64,000 nucleotides of DNA from Mobula hypostoma (lineage: Eukaryota), in NCBI RefSeq assembly GCF_963921235.1, contig NC_086097.1:255876001-255940000 (forward strand), written 5' to 3'. Of the stretch, positions 49,306 to 61,503 are shown one piece after another (positions within the stretch are counted from its first letter, which is position 1; each line of letters begins with the position of its first letter). The notes beneath the pieces were generated by a model. The model saw only the letters and a list, made by a program, of their open reading frames with translations. It was not told the DNA's origin and did no database searches. Made by a program: the position numbers and the translations under genes.

Positions 49306-51620
49306 CTGACCATCGGTTGTGTCGGTAGGTGAAATGTAGGGGGTCCAGTGTAGGTGGTAGCATGCTGTAGATGTAGTCCTTGACCAGCCTCTCAAAGCAT
49401 TTGCTTATTATTGAGGTGAGTGCGAAAGTCATTCAGACATGTTACCTTTTTCTTTTTAGGTACAGGAACAATGGTGGATGTTTTGAAGCAGGAGGGCACT
49501 CTACACTGGGAGACGGAGAGATTAAAATGTCTGTAAATACACCTGCCAGTTGTGCCGCGCACATCATGAGTACCCATAGCCTTGCAACTGTCCACTCGTT
49601 GGAAACAGCTGCGTACATCAGAATCAGGTTTATTATCACCGGCATGTGACATGAAATTCATTAACTTAGCAGCAGCAGTTCAATGCAATACATTATCTAG
49701 CAGAGAAAAATAATGATAATAAATAAAATAAAAATAATAATAAGTAAACAAGTAAATCAGTTACGTATATTGAATAGATTAAAAACATCGTGCAAAAACA
49801 AAAATAATGTATATTTAAAAAAAAGTGAGATAGTGTCCAAAGATCCAATGTCCATTTAGGAATCGGATGGCAGAGGGAAAGAAGCTGTTCCTGAATTGCT
49901 GAGTGTGTGCTTTTAGGCTTCTGTACCTCCTACCTGATGATAACAGTGAGAAAAAGGACATGCCCTGGGTGCTGGAGGTCCTTAATAATGGATGTTGTCT
50001 TTCTGAGGCACCGCTCCCTTAAGATGTCCTAAGTACTTTGTAGGCTAGTACCCAAGATGGTGCTGATTAGATTTACAACCCTCTGCAGCTTCTTTTGGTG
50101 CTGTGCAGTAGCTCCTCCATATCAGACAGTGATGCAGCCTGTCAGAATGCTCTCCACGGTACAACTAGAAAAGTTTTTGAGTGTATTACCAAGCTGCAGG
50201 TCGCATCAGCAGCTCTCCTCAGGGGCTCAGTGTTTGCAATATCAAATCGAGCATAAAAAAGATTTATCTCATCTGGGAGAGAGGCAGTGATGTTGGAAAC
50301 TCCACTGCGTTTAGCTTTGAAGTCTGCGATGGTGTGCAGAGCTTTTCATAAACTGTGTGTGTTTTCGGTGGAGAGTTGTGTCTGAATCTTGCCCCTGTAT
50401 TGTTTCGCTGCCTTGATGACTTAGTGCAGATCGTAGCTGCATTTCTTGAGTTCCTGTTGGTCACCGGCAACTTAAGCTCGGTGTTGCACGGTAGGTAACT
50501 GCTGCTCGCATGGAACTGTTGATCCAGAGTTTCTGGTTTGGCTAGACCCGGACCAATTTCTGCGGGATAACGTCCGCGATGCACTTCCGGATGAAACGTG
50601 ACCCCTTCCTGAAACTCAGACATCCTCATCGTGGAAGACATTCCAGTCGATGTCATCAAACCTGTAGCATGGAGGCCGATTGGTCAGACCATCAGTGAAT
50701 GGTTTTAAGTATGGCTTCCTCTTGTTTCAGCTTCTGCCTGTACCTCAGCAGCAGCAAGATGGAGTGATCCGATTTTCCAAATGGTGGGTTAAGGAGCGCT
50801 TCGTAAGCGTTGTGAAAGAGATAGTAGCATTGGTCGAGTATGCTGTCTCCCGTGTGCTCACCTGGATATGTTGACAAAACTTTGGAGAGACTTTAGTCAG
50901 CGATGCTCTATTAAAGTCACTGACGACGATGAAGGCAGCTTCTGGAGGGTCTTGTACGGTTCCTTGAGAGCCAGGTCAGTATCAGCCTATGGCGGAATAT
51001 ACATAGCTGTGAAAATAACAGCCATGAACTCCCTAGGCAGCCAGAAAGGTCTACACAGCAGCACATGGTACTCGAGATACAGGGAACAAAAGGATTTGAG
51101 GGCATGCCCGTTCTGGGGGTTGCACCAAGCATTATTGCCCACCTCCTTTACTCTTCCCAGAGGGCTCGATGGCTTGTTCTGGTATCTCATCTTTCAGTCA
51201 GGTCTCCACGAAGCACAAAATGTTACATTCCTCTGTTTCCCGCTGGTAGGAGATTCTGGCTCTCAGTTCGCACAGTTTATTGTCCTGGGTCTGAACATTA
51301 GCCAGGATTATGCTAGGGAGCGGCGGCCAATTAGCACGCCCTCTCAACCTCACCAAGGCGCCGGCCCTTCTTCCTCGTCTTCGCCGCTTCCGAGGTAGCG
51401 ATGGTGTAATAAATGAGCCTCCCATGGATTGCGTAAGTAGGGGTTCGCAGTTAGAAAAGGCGGCATGTAGTGGGTAAATGCTGTCTTCCTGATGTTCAGA
51501 AGAGTCAGTCTATCCTCAGCTTCTTGAACAAGAATTGCGAAGGAAATCTCAGAAATTTGCAGTATACTGTAAAGTAGAAACAGAGCTCACAACACGGCCA
51601 CTGAGCGCGGCACCATCTTG
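49306..51620 (-). mobile_element. Rex1/Babar-type LINE 5' half (5' end, EN, linker, RT start) with a nested Rex1 3' piece at about 49617-50185
   Basis: PLPSIILANVQ, ILCFVET, FGKSDH and [16 protein letters not shown] motifs. Confidence 0.8.
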
Positions 51621-52416
51621 GAATTGGAAGCTCAATTTCAATGTTTGGGGAGAGTTTAAACTAGAATTGTTGGGGGTGGGAACCAAACTGAAGAGACTGG
51701 GGAAGAGGAGGTTGACTCACAAATAGAGAAAGCTTGTAGACACTGCGAGAGGGAGGATAGGCAGGTGATAGAGAAAGGACGCGCTCAGACCGAAGTGTTG
51801 TGAACAAAGCGGATGAGCTTAGAGTGTGGATCAGTACTTGGAGATATGATGTGGTGGCCATTACAGAGACTTGGATGGCTCAGGGACAAGAATGGTTACT
51901 TCATGTGCCGGATTTTAGATGTTTCAGAAAGGTCAGGGAGGGAGGCAAAAGAAGTAGGGATGTGGCACTGTTGATCAGAGATAGTGTCACGGCTGCAGAA
52001 AAGGTGGATGCCATGGAGGGATTGTCTATAGAGTCGCCGTGGTTGGAGGTTAGGAACAGGAAAGGGTTAATAACTTTACTGGGTGTTTTTTATAGGCCGC
52101 CCGATAGTAACAGGGATATCGAGGAGCAAATAGGGAAACAGATCCTGGAAAGGTGTAATAATAACAAGAGTTGTCATGATGGGAGATTTTAATTTCCAAA
52201 ATATCGATTGGCAACTCCTTAGAGCAAGGGGTTTAGATGGGGTGGAGTTTGTTAGGTGTGTTCAGGAAGGTTTCGTGACACAATATGTAGATAAGCCTAC
52301 AAGAGGAGAGGCTGTACTTGATTTGGTATTGGGAAATGAACCTGGTCAGGTGTCAGATCTCTCAGTGGAAGAGCATTTTGGAGATAGTGATCATAATTCT
52401 ATCTCCTTTGGAGAGA

Positions 52417-52604
52417 CGCACATAAAAGTTGCTGGTGAACGCAGCAGGCCAGGCAGCATCTCTAGGAAGAGGTGCAGTCGACGTTTCAGGCCGAGACCCT
52501 TCGTCAGGACCTCTTCCTGGAGATGCTGCCTGGCCTGCTGCGTTCACCAGCAACTTTTATGTGTGTTGCTTGAATTTCCAGCATCTGCAGAATTCCTGTT
52601 GTTT
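52417..52604. mobile_element. Penelope-terminal-repeat mini-element, inverted pair
   Basis: Two opposed units; imperfect flanking repeat TCCTTTGGAGAGA / TCCTTCAGAGAGA. Confidence 0.9.
52477..52510 (-). ncRNA. Minimal type I hammerhead ribozyme motif, intact core
   Basis: Minus strand reads GUC-CUGACGA-A-GGGU(CUCG)GCCU-GAAA-CG-UC^GAC: both conserved boxes, stem II, stem I (GUC/GAC) and a palindromic ACGU in place of helix III. Confidence 0.75.
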
Positions 52605-54536
52605 TCCTTCAGAGAGAGGGAGGAACCGACAAGTTAGTAAAGCATTTAATTGGAGTAAGGGGAATTATGAGGCTATCAGGCAGGAAATTGGAAGCTTAAA
52701 TTGGAAACAGATGTTCTCAGGGAAAAGTATGGAAGAAATGTGGCAAATGTTCAGGGGATATTTGTGTTGAGTTCTGCATAGGTACGTTCCAGTGAGACAG
52801 GGAAATTATGATAGGGTACAGGAACCGTGGTGTACAAAGACTGTAATAAATCTAGTCAAGAAGAAAAGAAAAAAGCTTACAAAAGGTTCAGAGAGCTAGG
52901 TAATGTTAAAGATCTAGAAGATTATATGGCTAATAGGAAGGAGCTTAAGAAGGAAATTAGGAGAGCCAGAAAGGGCCATGAGAAGGCCTTGGCAGGCAGG
53001 ATTATGGAAAACCCCAAGGCGTTCTACAAGTATCTGAAGAGCAAGAGAATAAGAAGTGAAAGAATAGGACCTATCAAGTGTGACAGTGGGAAAGTATGTA
53101 TGGAACCAGAGGAAATAACAGAGGTACTTTACTTCAGTATTCACTATGGAAAAGGATCTTGGTGATTGTAGTGATGAATTGCAGCAGATTGAGAAGCTTG
53201 AGCATGTAGATATTAGAAAGAGGATGTGCTGGAGCTTTTGGAAAGCATCAAGTTGGATAAGTCCCCGGGACTGGATGAGATGTACCCCAGGCTACTGTGG
53301 GAGGCGAGGGAAGGGATTGCTGAGCCTCTGGTGATGATCTCTGCGTCATCACTGGGGACGGGAGAGGTTCTGGAGGATTGGAGGGTTGCAGATATTGTTC
53401 CTTTATTCAAGAAAGGGAGTAGAGATAGCCCAGAAAATCATAGACCAGTGAATCTTACCTCAGTGGTTGGTAAGTTGATGGAGAAGATCCTGAGAGGCAG
53501 GATTTATGAACATTTGGAGAGGTATAATATGATTAGGAATAGTCAGCATGGCTTTGTCAAGGGCAGATCATGCCTTACGAGCTTGACTGAATTTTTTGAG
53601 GATGTGACATCCCGCCCCCCAATATTGGATGTTTGGTCTTTGTTGTGTGGGTTTCTTTTTGTGGATTTTATTGTGTTCCTTTGTCTTATGGCTGCCTGCA
53701 AGAAGATGGATGTTAAAGTTGTACATGATGTACATACTTTGGTCATAAATGTAATTTGAAGTTTACTTTGTAATCTAAGTCCTTCTGCAGGCTCCCTCTT
53801 TCCTCAACACTACCTGCTCCTCCACATATCTTCATGTCGTCCACAAACATGGCTATAAAAGCCATCAGTTATGTCTCCAAATCGTTGACATATATGTGAA
53901 AAGAAGCTGACCCAACACGAAACTCTGTGGAACACCACTAATCTGCGGCAGCCAAGCTGAAAAGGCCCCCTTCACTCCTAATCTTTGCCTCCTGCTAGTC
54001 AGCCAGTCTTCTATTCATGCTAATATCTTTTCAGTAATACCATGGGCTGTTATCTTGTTGAGCAGTCTTTTGTGCAGCACCTTTTTAAGATTCTTCAGTA
54101 GGTTAAGAGGTTGGCACAGTATTGTGTGTTGACAGGCCTGCACTGGTATTTGTTCTATGTTGTACGTAAGATGGGTAACAAAGATCCATGGATATTTAAA
54201 TAGCTGGGGATAGTACTGGAAAACATTGAGGATGAAGATAGCTGGAAAACAGCATTAAGCACTTTACACCTCACGCTGTCAGAGCAGTGCTGCCAGGATA
54301 ATCAAGGACACGACCCACCCAGCCACCACAGTTTTCGTCCCTCTTCCCTTCGGAGAAGGTGCAGGAGCTTGAAGACTCATACGGCCAGATTTGGTGACAG
54401 CTTCTTTCCATCTGTGATAAGACTGCTGAACGGATCCTGACCCGGATCTGGGCCGTACCCTCCAAATATCCAGACCTGCCTCTCGATTTTTTTGCATTAC
54501 CTTACTTTCCATTTTTCTATTTTCTATTTATGATTT

Positions 54537-54651
54537 AGGTGCTATTCTCTCATGGAAAAAGTGCCCAATATCAAAATCTGTGGCCAAGTTAAATTCTGAA
54601 TCTTCATCCATTTCTGCCTCGCTATGTCCGGAAACTTTTTACTGGATTAAA
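54537..54651 (-). pseudogene. NAP1L4: Retrocopied fragment of nucleosome assembly protein 1-like 4 mRNA
   Basis: Minus-strand translation FNPVK(+1 nt)[33 protein letters not shown] resembles NAP1L4 as I recall it (FNPLKASGDGESLDEDSEFTLASDFEIGHFFRERIVP). Confidence 0.8.
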
Positions 54652-55783
54652 GGCATTTGACAAGGTTCCACACGGTAGGCTTACTCTGAAAGTCAGAAGG
54701 CATGGGATCCAGGGAAGTTTGGCCAGGTGGATTCAGAATTGGCTTGCCTGTAGAAGGCAGAGGGTGGTGGTGGAGGGAGTACATTCAGGTTGGAGGATTG
54801 TGGCTAGTGGTGTCCCACAAGGATCTGTTCTGGCACCTCTACTTTTTGTGATTTTTATTAACAACCTGGATGTGGGGGAGGAGGGTGGGTTGGCAAGTTT
54901 GCAGACAACACAAAGGTTGGTGGTGTTGTAGATAGTTTAAAGGATTGTCGAAGATTGCAGAGAGACATTGATAGGATGCAGAAGTGGGCTGAGAAGTGGC
55001 AGATGGCGTTCAACCCGGAGAAGTGTGAGGTGGTACACTTTGGAAGGACAAACTCCAAGGCAGAGTACAAAGTAAATGGCAGGATACTTGGTAGTGTGGA
55101 GGAGCAGAGGGATCTCGGGGTACATGTCCACAGATCCCTGAAAGTTGCCTCACAGGTAGATAGGGTAGTTAAGAAAGCTTATGGGGTGTTAGCTTTCATA
55201 AGTCGAGGGATAGAGTTTAAGAGTTGCGATGTAATGATGCAGCTCTATAAAACTCTGGCTAGGCCACAATTGGAGTACTGTGTCCAGTTCTGGTCGCCTC
55301 ACTATAGGAAGGATGTGGAAGTGTTGGAAAGGGTACAGAGGAGATTTACCAGGATGCTGCCTAGTTTAGAGACTATGCATTATGATGAGAGATTAAGGGA
55401 GCTCGGGCTTTACTCTTTGGAGAGAAGGAGGATGAGAGGAGACATGATAGAGGTGTACAAGATAATAGGAATAGATAGAGTGGATAGCCAGCACCTCTTC
55501 CCCCGGGCACCACTGCTCAATGCAAGAGGACATGGCTTTAAGGTAAGGGGTGGGAAATTCAAGGGGGATATTAGAGGAAGGTTTTTTCCTCAGAGAGTGG
55601 TTGGTGCGTGGAATGCACTGCCTGAGTCAGTGGTGGAGGCAGATACACTAGTGAAGTTTAAGAGACTACTAGACAGGTATATGGAGGAATTTAAGTTGGG
55701 GGCTTATATGGGAGGCAGGGTTTAAGGGTTGGCACAACATTGTGGGCCGAAGGGCCTGTACTGTGCTGTACTGTTCTATGTTC
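54650..55783 (+). mobile_element. Young CR1 RT and 3' end (same subfamily as 4984-8744)
   Basis: [11 protein letters not shown] through to the (GTTCTAT) tail; 256-aa ORF 54955-55725. Confidence 0.95.
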
Positions 55784-55947
55784 TATGATTTGTAATTTAA
55801 ATTTTTTAATATTTACAATTGATTTGTCATCCAGGGAGTGGGAAGCGCAGAATTAAATATGTGATAATTGTACGTTCTAGTATCAATTGTTTGGCGACAA
55901 TAAAGTATAAGATAGATGGGGATAGAGCTAAAAACATCATGAAGATA

Positions 55948-56132
55948 CAGTGCCTATTTAAAAAAAAGTATTCACCCCCTTGGAAGTTCTAGTTTTATTG
56001 TTTTAAAACGTTGAATCACAGTGGATTTAATTTGGCTTTTTTGACACTGAACAACAGAGAAAGACTTTCATGTCAAAGTGGAAACAGATCTCTACAAAGT
56101 GACTGATTTGTGTTTTATATTTGTAATTAATT
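55948..56132. mobile_element. Tc1-like DNA transposon terminal remnant
   Basis: TA followed by CAGTGCCTAT...AAAAGTATTCACCCCCTTG, a Tc1-type TIR start; no second end found. Confidence 0.55.
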
Positions 56133-56371
56133 GTAGAATGCCTTGAGGTTTTCCTTAATCCTGCTTGCCAAGGCCTTCTCATGGCTCCTTCTGGCTAATT
56201 TCATTCTTAAGTTCCTTCCTGCTAGCCTTATAGTTTTCTAGATCTCTATTACCTAGGTTTTTGAACCTTTTGTAAGCTTTTCTTTTCTTCTTGACTAGAT
56301 TTTCAACTGCCTTTGTACACCATGGTTCCTGTACCCTGTCATCCTTTCCATGTCTCATTGGAACGTACCTA

Positions 56372-56777
56372 TGTCCATACCGATTCGTTATTCAGTCAGA
56401 GAAAACACTCAGAGGCCTTGTTTTCGCTCGATCAATTCTTTATTTAATTTGATCTGCAGCGTCTGGCAATCAACAATGCCTAGCACGAGTGCAAGGTTAC
56501 ATTTATATCCAGAGAAAAAGGTTTCAGTTAGCACCTGTTTCCCCTGTCCACGCTTATGATGGTTTTGTAGTTAGCAATTTCATCATGGTCACAACAGCTT
56601 CACGTGCAGAGGTACAGAGTCAGTAAGCGCTTCTATTCTAAGAGATGAGCATGCAGTTGCAACATCGTAACCGTGCCCGGTTCTGTTGTCTAGTTCCCGC
56701 CCCTGCTATATTTTCCAGGTCACATACACCATTTAACCCTTCCTATCCCATACTCCAACCCCCTTTTCACTTACACA
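56372..56777 (-). mobile_element. Solo LTR (406 bp) in a minus-strand CR1 fragment (about 56140-56885)
   Basis: TG...CA ends; 4-bp TSD CCTA (56368-56371 / 56778-56781); TATAAA and AATAAA on minus. Confidence 0.75.
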
Positions 56778-59700
56778 CCTATGCAAAATGCCACACAAAT
56801 ATCCCCTGAACATTTGCCACATTTCTGTCGTACATTTCCCAGAGAGCATCTGTTCCCAATTTATACTTCCAAGTTCCTGCTTGATCAGATTAGATTAGAT
56901 TATGAGGACACGCAGACCTCTTTTATTGTCATTTAGCAATGCATGCATTAAGAAATGATATAATATTCTTCCGGTGTGATATCACAGAAACACAGGACAG
57001 ACCAAGACTGAAAAACTGACAAAAACCACATAATTATAACGTATAGTTACAACAGTGCAACAATACCATAACTTGATGAAGAACAGGCCATGGCACAGCA
57101 AAAAAAGTTCAAAGTTTCTCGAAAGTCCCACATCTCACGCAGACGGGAGAAAGAAGAAAACGCTCCCTGCCATGCCGGACCACAGTCTGACTCTGAGTCG
57201 TCCAAAAACTTCGAACTCTGTTCAGTCCTCCGACACCGCGTACCGAGCACCATCTCCGCTGAACGTTTCGACCCCGCTTCGGTAGCCAGCAGCAGGCAAA
57301 GCCAGGGATTTTGGGGCCTTCCCTCCGGAGATTCTCAATCGCACAGTAGCAGTGGCAGTGAACTGGGCATTTCAGAAATTTCTCCAGATGTGGGGGGTGG
57401 GAATCAAATTAAAGAGGCTAGGCGTGAGGATGTTAGTTCACAACAGAGGGATGGGAACCAGTGCAGAGAGACAGAGGGGTGTAAAGTGAGCGTAGAAGCA
57501 AAAAGTACAAAGGAGAAAAGTAAAAGTGGCAGGCCGACAAATCCAGGGCAAGCATTAAAAAGGGCCACTTTTCAACATAATTGTACAAGGGCTAAGAGAG
57601 TTGTAAAAGAGCGCCTGAAGGCTTTATGTGTCAATGCAAGGAGCATTCGTAATAAGGTGGATGAATTGAAAGTGCAGATTGTTATTAATGATTATGATAT
57701 AGTTGGGATCACAGAGACATGGCTCCAGGGTGACCAGGGATGGGAGCTCAACATTCAGGGATATTCAATATTCAGGAGGGATAGACATGAAGGAAGGGGA
57801 GGTGGGGTGGCGTTGCTGGTTAAAAAAGAGATTAACGCAATAGAAAGGAAGGACATAAGCCGGGAAGATGTGGAATCGATATGGGTAGAGCTGCGTAACA
57901 CTAAGGGGCAGAAGACGCTGGTGGGAGTTGTGTACAGGCCACCTAACAGTAGTAGTGAGGTCGGAGATGGTATTAAACAGGAAATTAGAAATGTGTGCAA
58001 TAAAACAGCAGTTATAATGGGTGACTTCAATCTACATTTAGACTGGGTGAACCAAATTGGTAAAGGTGCTGAGGAAGAGGATTTCTTGGAATGTATGCGG
58101 GATGGTTTTTTGAACCAACATGTCGAGGAACCAACTAGAGAGCAGGCTATTCTGGACTGGGTTTTGAGAAATGAGGAAGGGTTAATTAGCGATCTTGTCG
58201 TGAGAGGCCCCTTGGGTAAGAGTGACCATAATATGGTGGAATTCTTCATTAAGATGGAGAGTGATGATGCAGCTCTTTAAAACTCTGGTTTGGCCACACT
58301 TGGAGTACTGTGTCCAGTTCTGGTCACCTCACTATAGGAAGGATGTGGAAGCATTGGAAAGGGTACAGAGGAGATTTACCAGGATGCTGCCTGGTTTAGA
58401 AAGTATGCATTATGATCAGAGATTAAGGGAGCTAGGGCTTTACTCTTTGGAGAGAAGGAGGATGAGAGGAGACATGATAGAGGTGTACAAGATAATAAGA
58501 GGAATAGATAGAGTGGATAGCCAGCACCTCTTCCCCAGGGCACCACTGCTCAATACAAGAGGACATGGCTTTAAGGTAAGGGGTGGGAAGTTCAAGGGGG
58601 ATATTAGAGGAAGGTTTTTTGCTCGGAGAGTGGTTGGTGCGTGGAATGCACTGCCTGAGTCAGTGGTGGAGGCAGATACACTAGTGAAGTTTAAGAGACT
58701 ACTAGACAGGTATATGGAGGAATCTAAGTTGTGGGCTTATATGGGAGGCAGGATTTGAGGGTTGGCACAACATGGTGGGCCGAAGGGCCTGTACTGTGCT
58801 GTACTATTCTATGTTTTATGAAATAGTTAGATCTAAAACTAGTGTATTATGCTTGAACAAGGGAGATGACAACAGGATGAGGGAGGAGTTGGCTATTATG
58901 GATTGGGAGCACAGGCTATTTGGTAGGACAGTTGAAGAGCAGTGGAATACTTTCAAAGAGATTTCTCACAGTGCTTAACAAAAGTATATTCCAGTGAAAA
59001 GTAAGGACAGTAAGTGTGGGGAGAGCTAGCCTTGGATAACTAAGGAAATAAAAGAGTATCAAATTAAAAGCTCGTGTACAAAGTCGCAAAGAGTAGTGGG
59101 AGACTGGAGGATTCGGAAAACTTTAAAAAGCAACAAGGAACAACTAAACAAGAAATAAGGAAAGGGAAGATAGAGTACGAAAGTAAATTAGCACAAAATA
59201 TAAAACAGATAGCAAAAGTTTTTATGAATATATAAAGCGGAAGAGGGTTGCTAAAGTCAACGTACGTCTCTTGGAAGACGATACGGGGAAATTGATATTG
59301 GGTGATAAGGAAATGCCTGAGGCATTGAACAACTATTTTGTGTCGGTCTTCACGGTGGAGGACATGTCTAATATACTAAAGAATGATGTTATGGATGAAA
59401 TGGGAGGTGAGGACCTTGATAAAATCACTGTCACTAAAGAGATAGTGATGAGCAAACTAGAGGGTCTGAAGGTAGATAAATCCCCTGGTGCTGATGGGAT
59501 GCATCCCAGGGTGCTGAGGGAATTGGCGGAGGTTATAGTAGACGCGTTGGGTAATTATTTACCAAAATTTTCTGGACTCTGGGCAGGTCCCGGCGGATTG
59601 GAAGACAGCAAATGTCATGCCACCTTTTAAAAAAGGATGTAGGCAAAAGATGGGCAACTATAGGCCAGTTAGCTTAACATCTGTAGTTGGGAAAATGCTT

Positions 59701-59864
59701 CAAGCTGTCATTAAGGGAGAAATAGCGAAACATTTAGAAAGGAGTGTTTCCATTAGACAGATGCAGTGTGGATTCAGAAAGGGCAGGTCCTGTTTGACAA
59801 ACTTACTGGAGTTCTTTGAAGACATGAGTGCAGTGGATAGAGGGGAACAGGTGGATGTCGTATA

Positions 59865-61503
59865 CTGGTGTCCCCCGCTCTTCGAACGTTCGCTTTACGA
59901 AACCTCACTGTTACGAAAGACCTACCTTAGTTACCTGTTTTCACTAATGGAAGGTGTTTTCACTGTTACGAAAAGTAGTGCGCGATAAAAGCAGCATGCG
60001 ATAAAAAGCAGCCAAGCTCCTCCCCCAGAACGGCATTCTCGCCGGCATTGCTTTAACACATGCCTGTGAGCCCCTGTTTGCAAGATGAGTTCTAAGGTAT
60101 CGGAAAAGCCTAAAAGAGCTCGTAAGGGTGTTACACTTAGCATAAAACGACATAATTAAGCGTTTCGATTGTGGTGAACGAAGTAAGGACAAAGTGAGTT
60201 TGGCTTGTGGAAGTTGACGAAGATGATGTTGACAACAGGAATTCTGCAGATGCTGGAAATTCAAGCAACATACATCAAAGTTGCTGGTGAACGCAGCAGG
60301 CCAGGCAGCATCTATAGGAAGAAGCGCAGTCGACGTTTCAGGCCGAGACCCTTCGAGATGATGTTGAAGAGGTTTTGGCATCCCGTGACCAAGAACTGAT
60401 AGATGAAGAGATGATACAATTGGAAGAGAAAAGGATAAGAATCGAAACCAAATGCACGGACGGAAAGTGAAGTCGTCCAGGAACTGAACGTGAAGCAACT
60501 GCGTGAGATTTTCACTGCAATGATAAAGTACAACTTTAATTTTGAAAGGGTGTGTAGGGTTAGGGCACATTTGCAAAATGGTTTGAGTGCTTACAAGGAA
60601 CTATATAATAAAAAATGTGCGAGGCTAAGCAGTCGAGCAAGCCTTCCACATCAGCCACAGCAGATGACGAACCTCGACCTTCAACATCGAGGCAGGCAGA
60701 CATAGAAGAAGATGAGCTGCCTGCCCCGATTGATGAGATGACACCCCAGTGTCCCACCACCCCAACCCCTGGGCCGCGGACCAATACATTGCCGCGGAGA
60801 ATGCAGTGGTAGCCGGGACGCACCCAGCACGTCTTTAAGAAAAAAGCCGAAATAAACAAGCTAATTAATTACGTGCTGGGCAGCACCTAATTAATTAGCT
60901 TGTTTATTTCAGCTGTTTTCCTAAAGATGTGCTGGGTGCATTCTGGCCACCGCTGTACCGCTGCATTCTTCGCGGATCAGTATCGGTCGGCTGCCCGGAG
61001 GATGGGGACCACTGCACCACCCCAACCTCCGACTCAGCTTAATACACCATCATCAGTGTGCTCGGCGCTGTCTTCCTGATTCTAGTAAGTGATACTACAC
61101 TGTACATACGTTATTTCTACTTTATATAGGCTGTGTATTTTTATGAGTTATTTGGTATGATTTGGCAGCTTCATAGCTTAAAGGTTACTGGGGAGAGTGT
61201 TTCTGCTGAGAGCGCTTGCGTGAGATTTTCGCTACGGAGAACAGTGCGGCAATGATTGTAGAGAAGTATTTCTAGTTTATATAGGCTGTGTATTTATCAT
61301 ATCATTCCTGCTTTTATGATATGTTACTGTTATTTTAGGTTTTATGTGTTATTGGCAAAATTTGATAGGCTATTTTTGGGTTTGCGAATGCTCACAAATT
61401 TTTCCCATATAAATAAATGGTAATTGCTTCTTCACTTTACAACATTCCGGCTTACGAACCGTTTCATAGGAACGCTGTGCCTTCGGATAACGGGGGAAAC
61501 CTG
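59865..61503 (+). mobile_element. Internally deleted Tigger/pogo-type DNA transposon
   Basis: TA TSDs (59863-64 / 61504-05). Imperfect TIRs CTGGTGTCCCCCGCTCTTCGAACG and CAGGTTTCCCCCGTTATCCGAAGG. N-terminal KPKRARKGVTLSIK.DIIKRFDCGE joined to an acidic EVDEDDVEEVLAS C-terminal part, with no DDE core. Confidence 0.85.
60233..60355 (-). mobile_element. Penelope-terminal-repeat mini-element, single unit, 12-bp TSD
   Basis: TSD AGATGATGTTGA at 60221-60232 / 60356-60367; 5'-truncated within the hammerhead CUGAnGA box. Confidence 0.9.

Larger units (their letters stand above)
51640..53609 (+). mobile_element. CR1 EN-RT fragment
   Basis: AITETW, GDFNF, SDHN, DKSPGLD and SQHGFVKG motifs. Confidence 0.9.
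54260..55910 (+). mobile_element. Rex1-type 3' end (54260-54536 and 55784-55910), split by the NAP1L4+CR1 insertion
   Basis: IIKDTTHPATTVFVPLPFGEG-like C-terminus; the 3' UTR resumes after the TSD TATGATTT. Confidence 0.65.

Noticed and set aside
54537..54651. Functional NAP1L4 exon
   Set aside because: It is frameshifted, has no splice donor, no other NAP1L4 exons are in the window, and it is enclosed with a CR1 inside a TSD.
57090..58280. 396-aa ORF as a novel endonuclease gene
   Set aside because: Chance read-through from an unrelated repeat (to about 57390) into a CR1 endonuclease, ending in another CR1 insertion.
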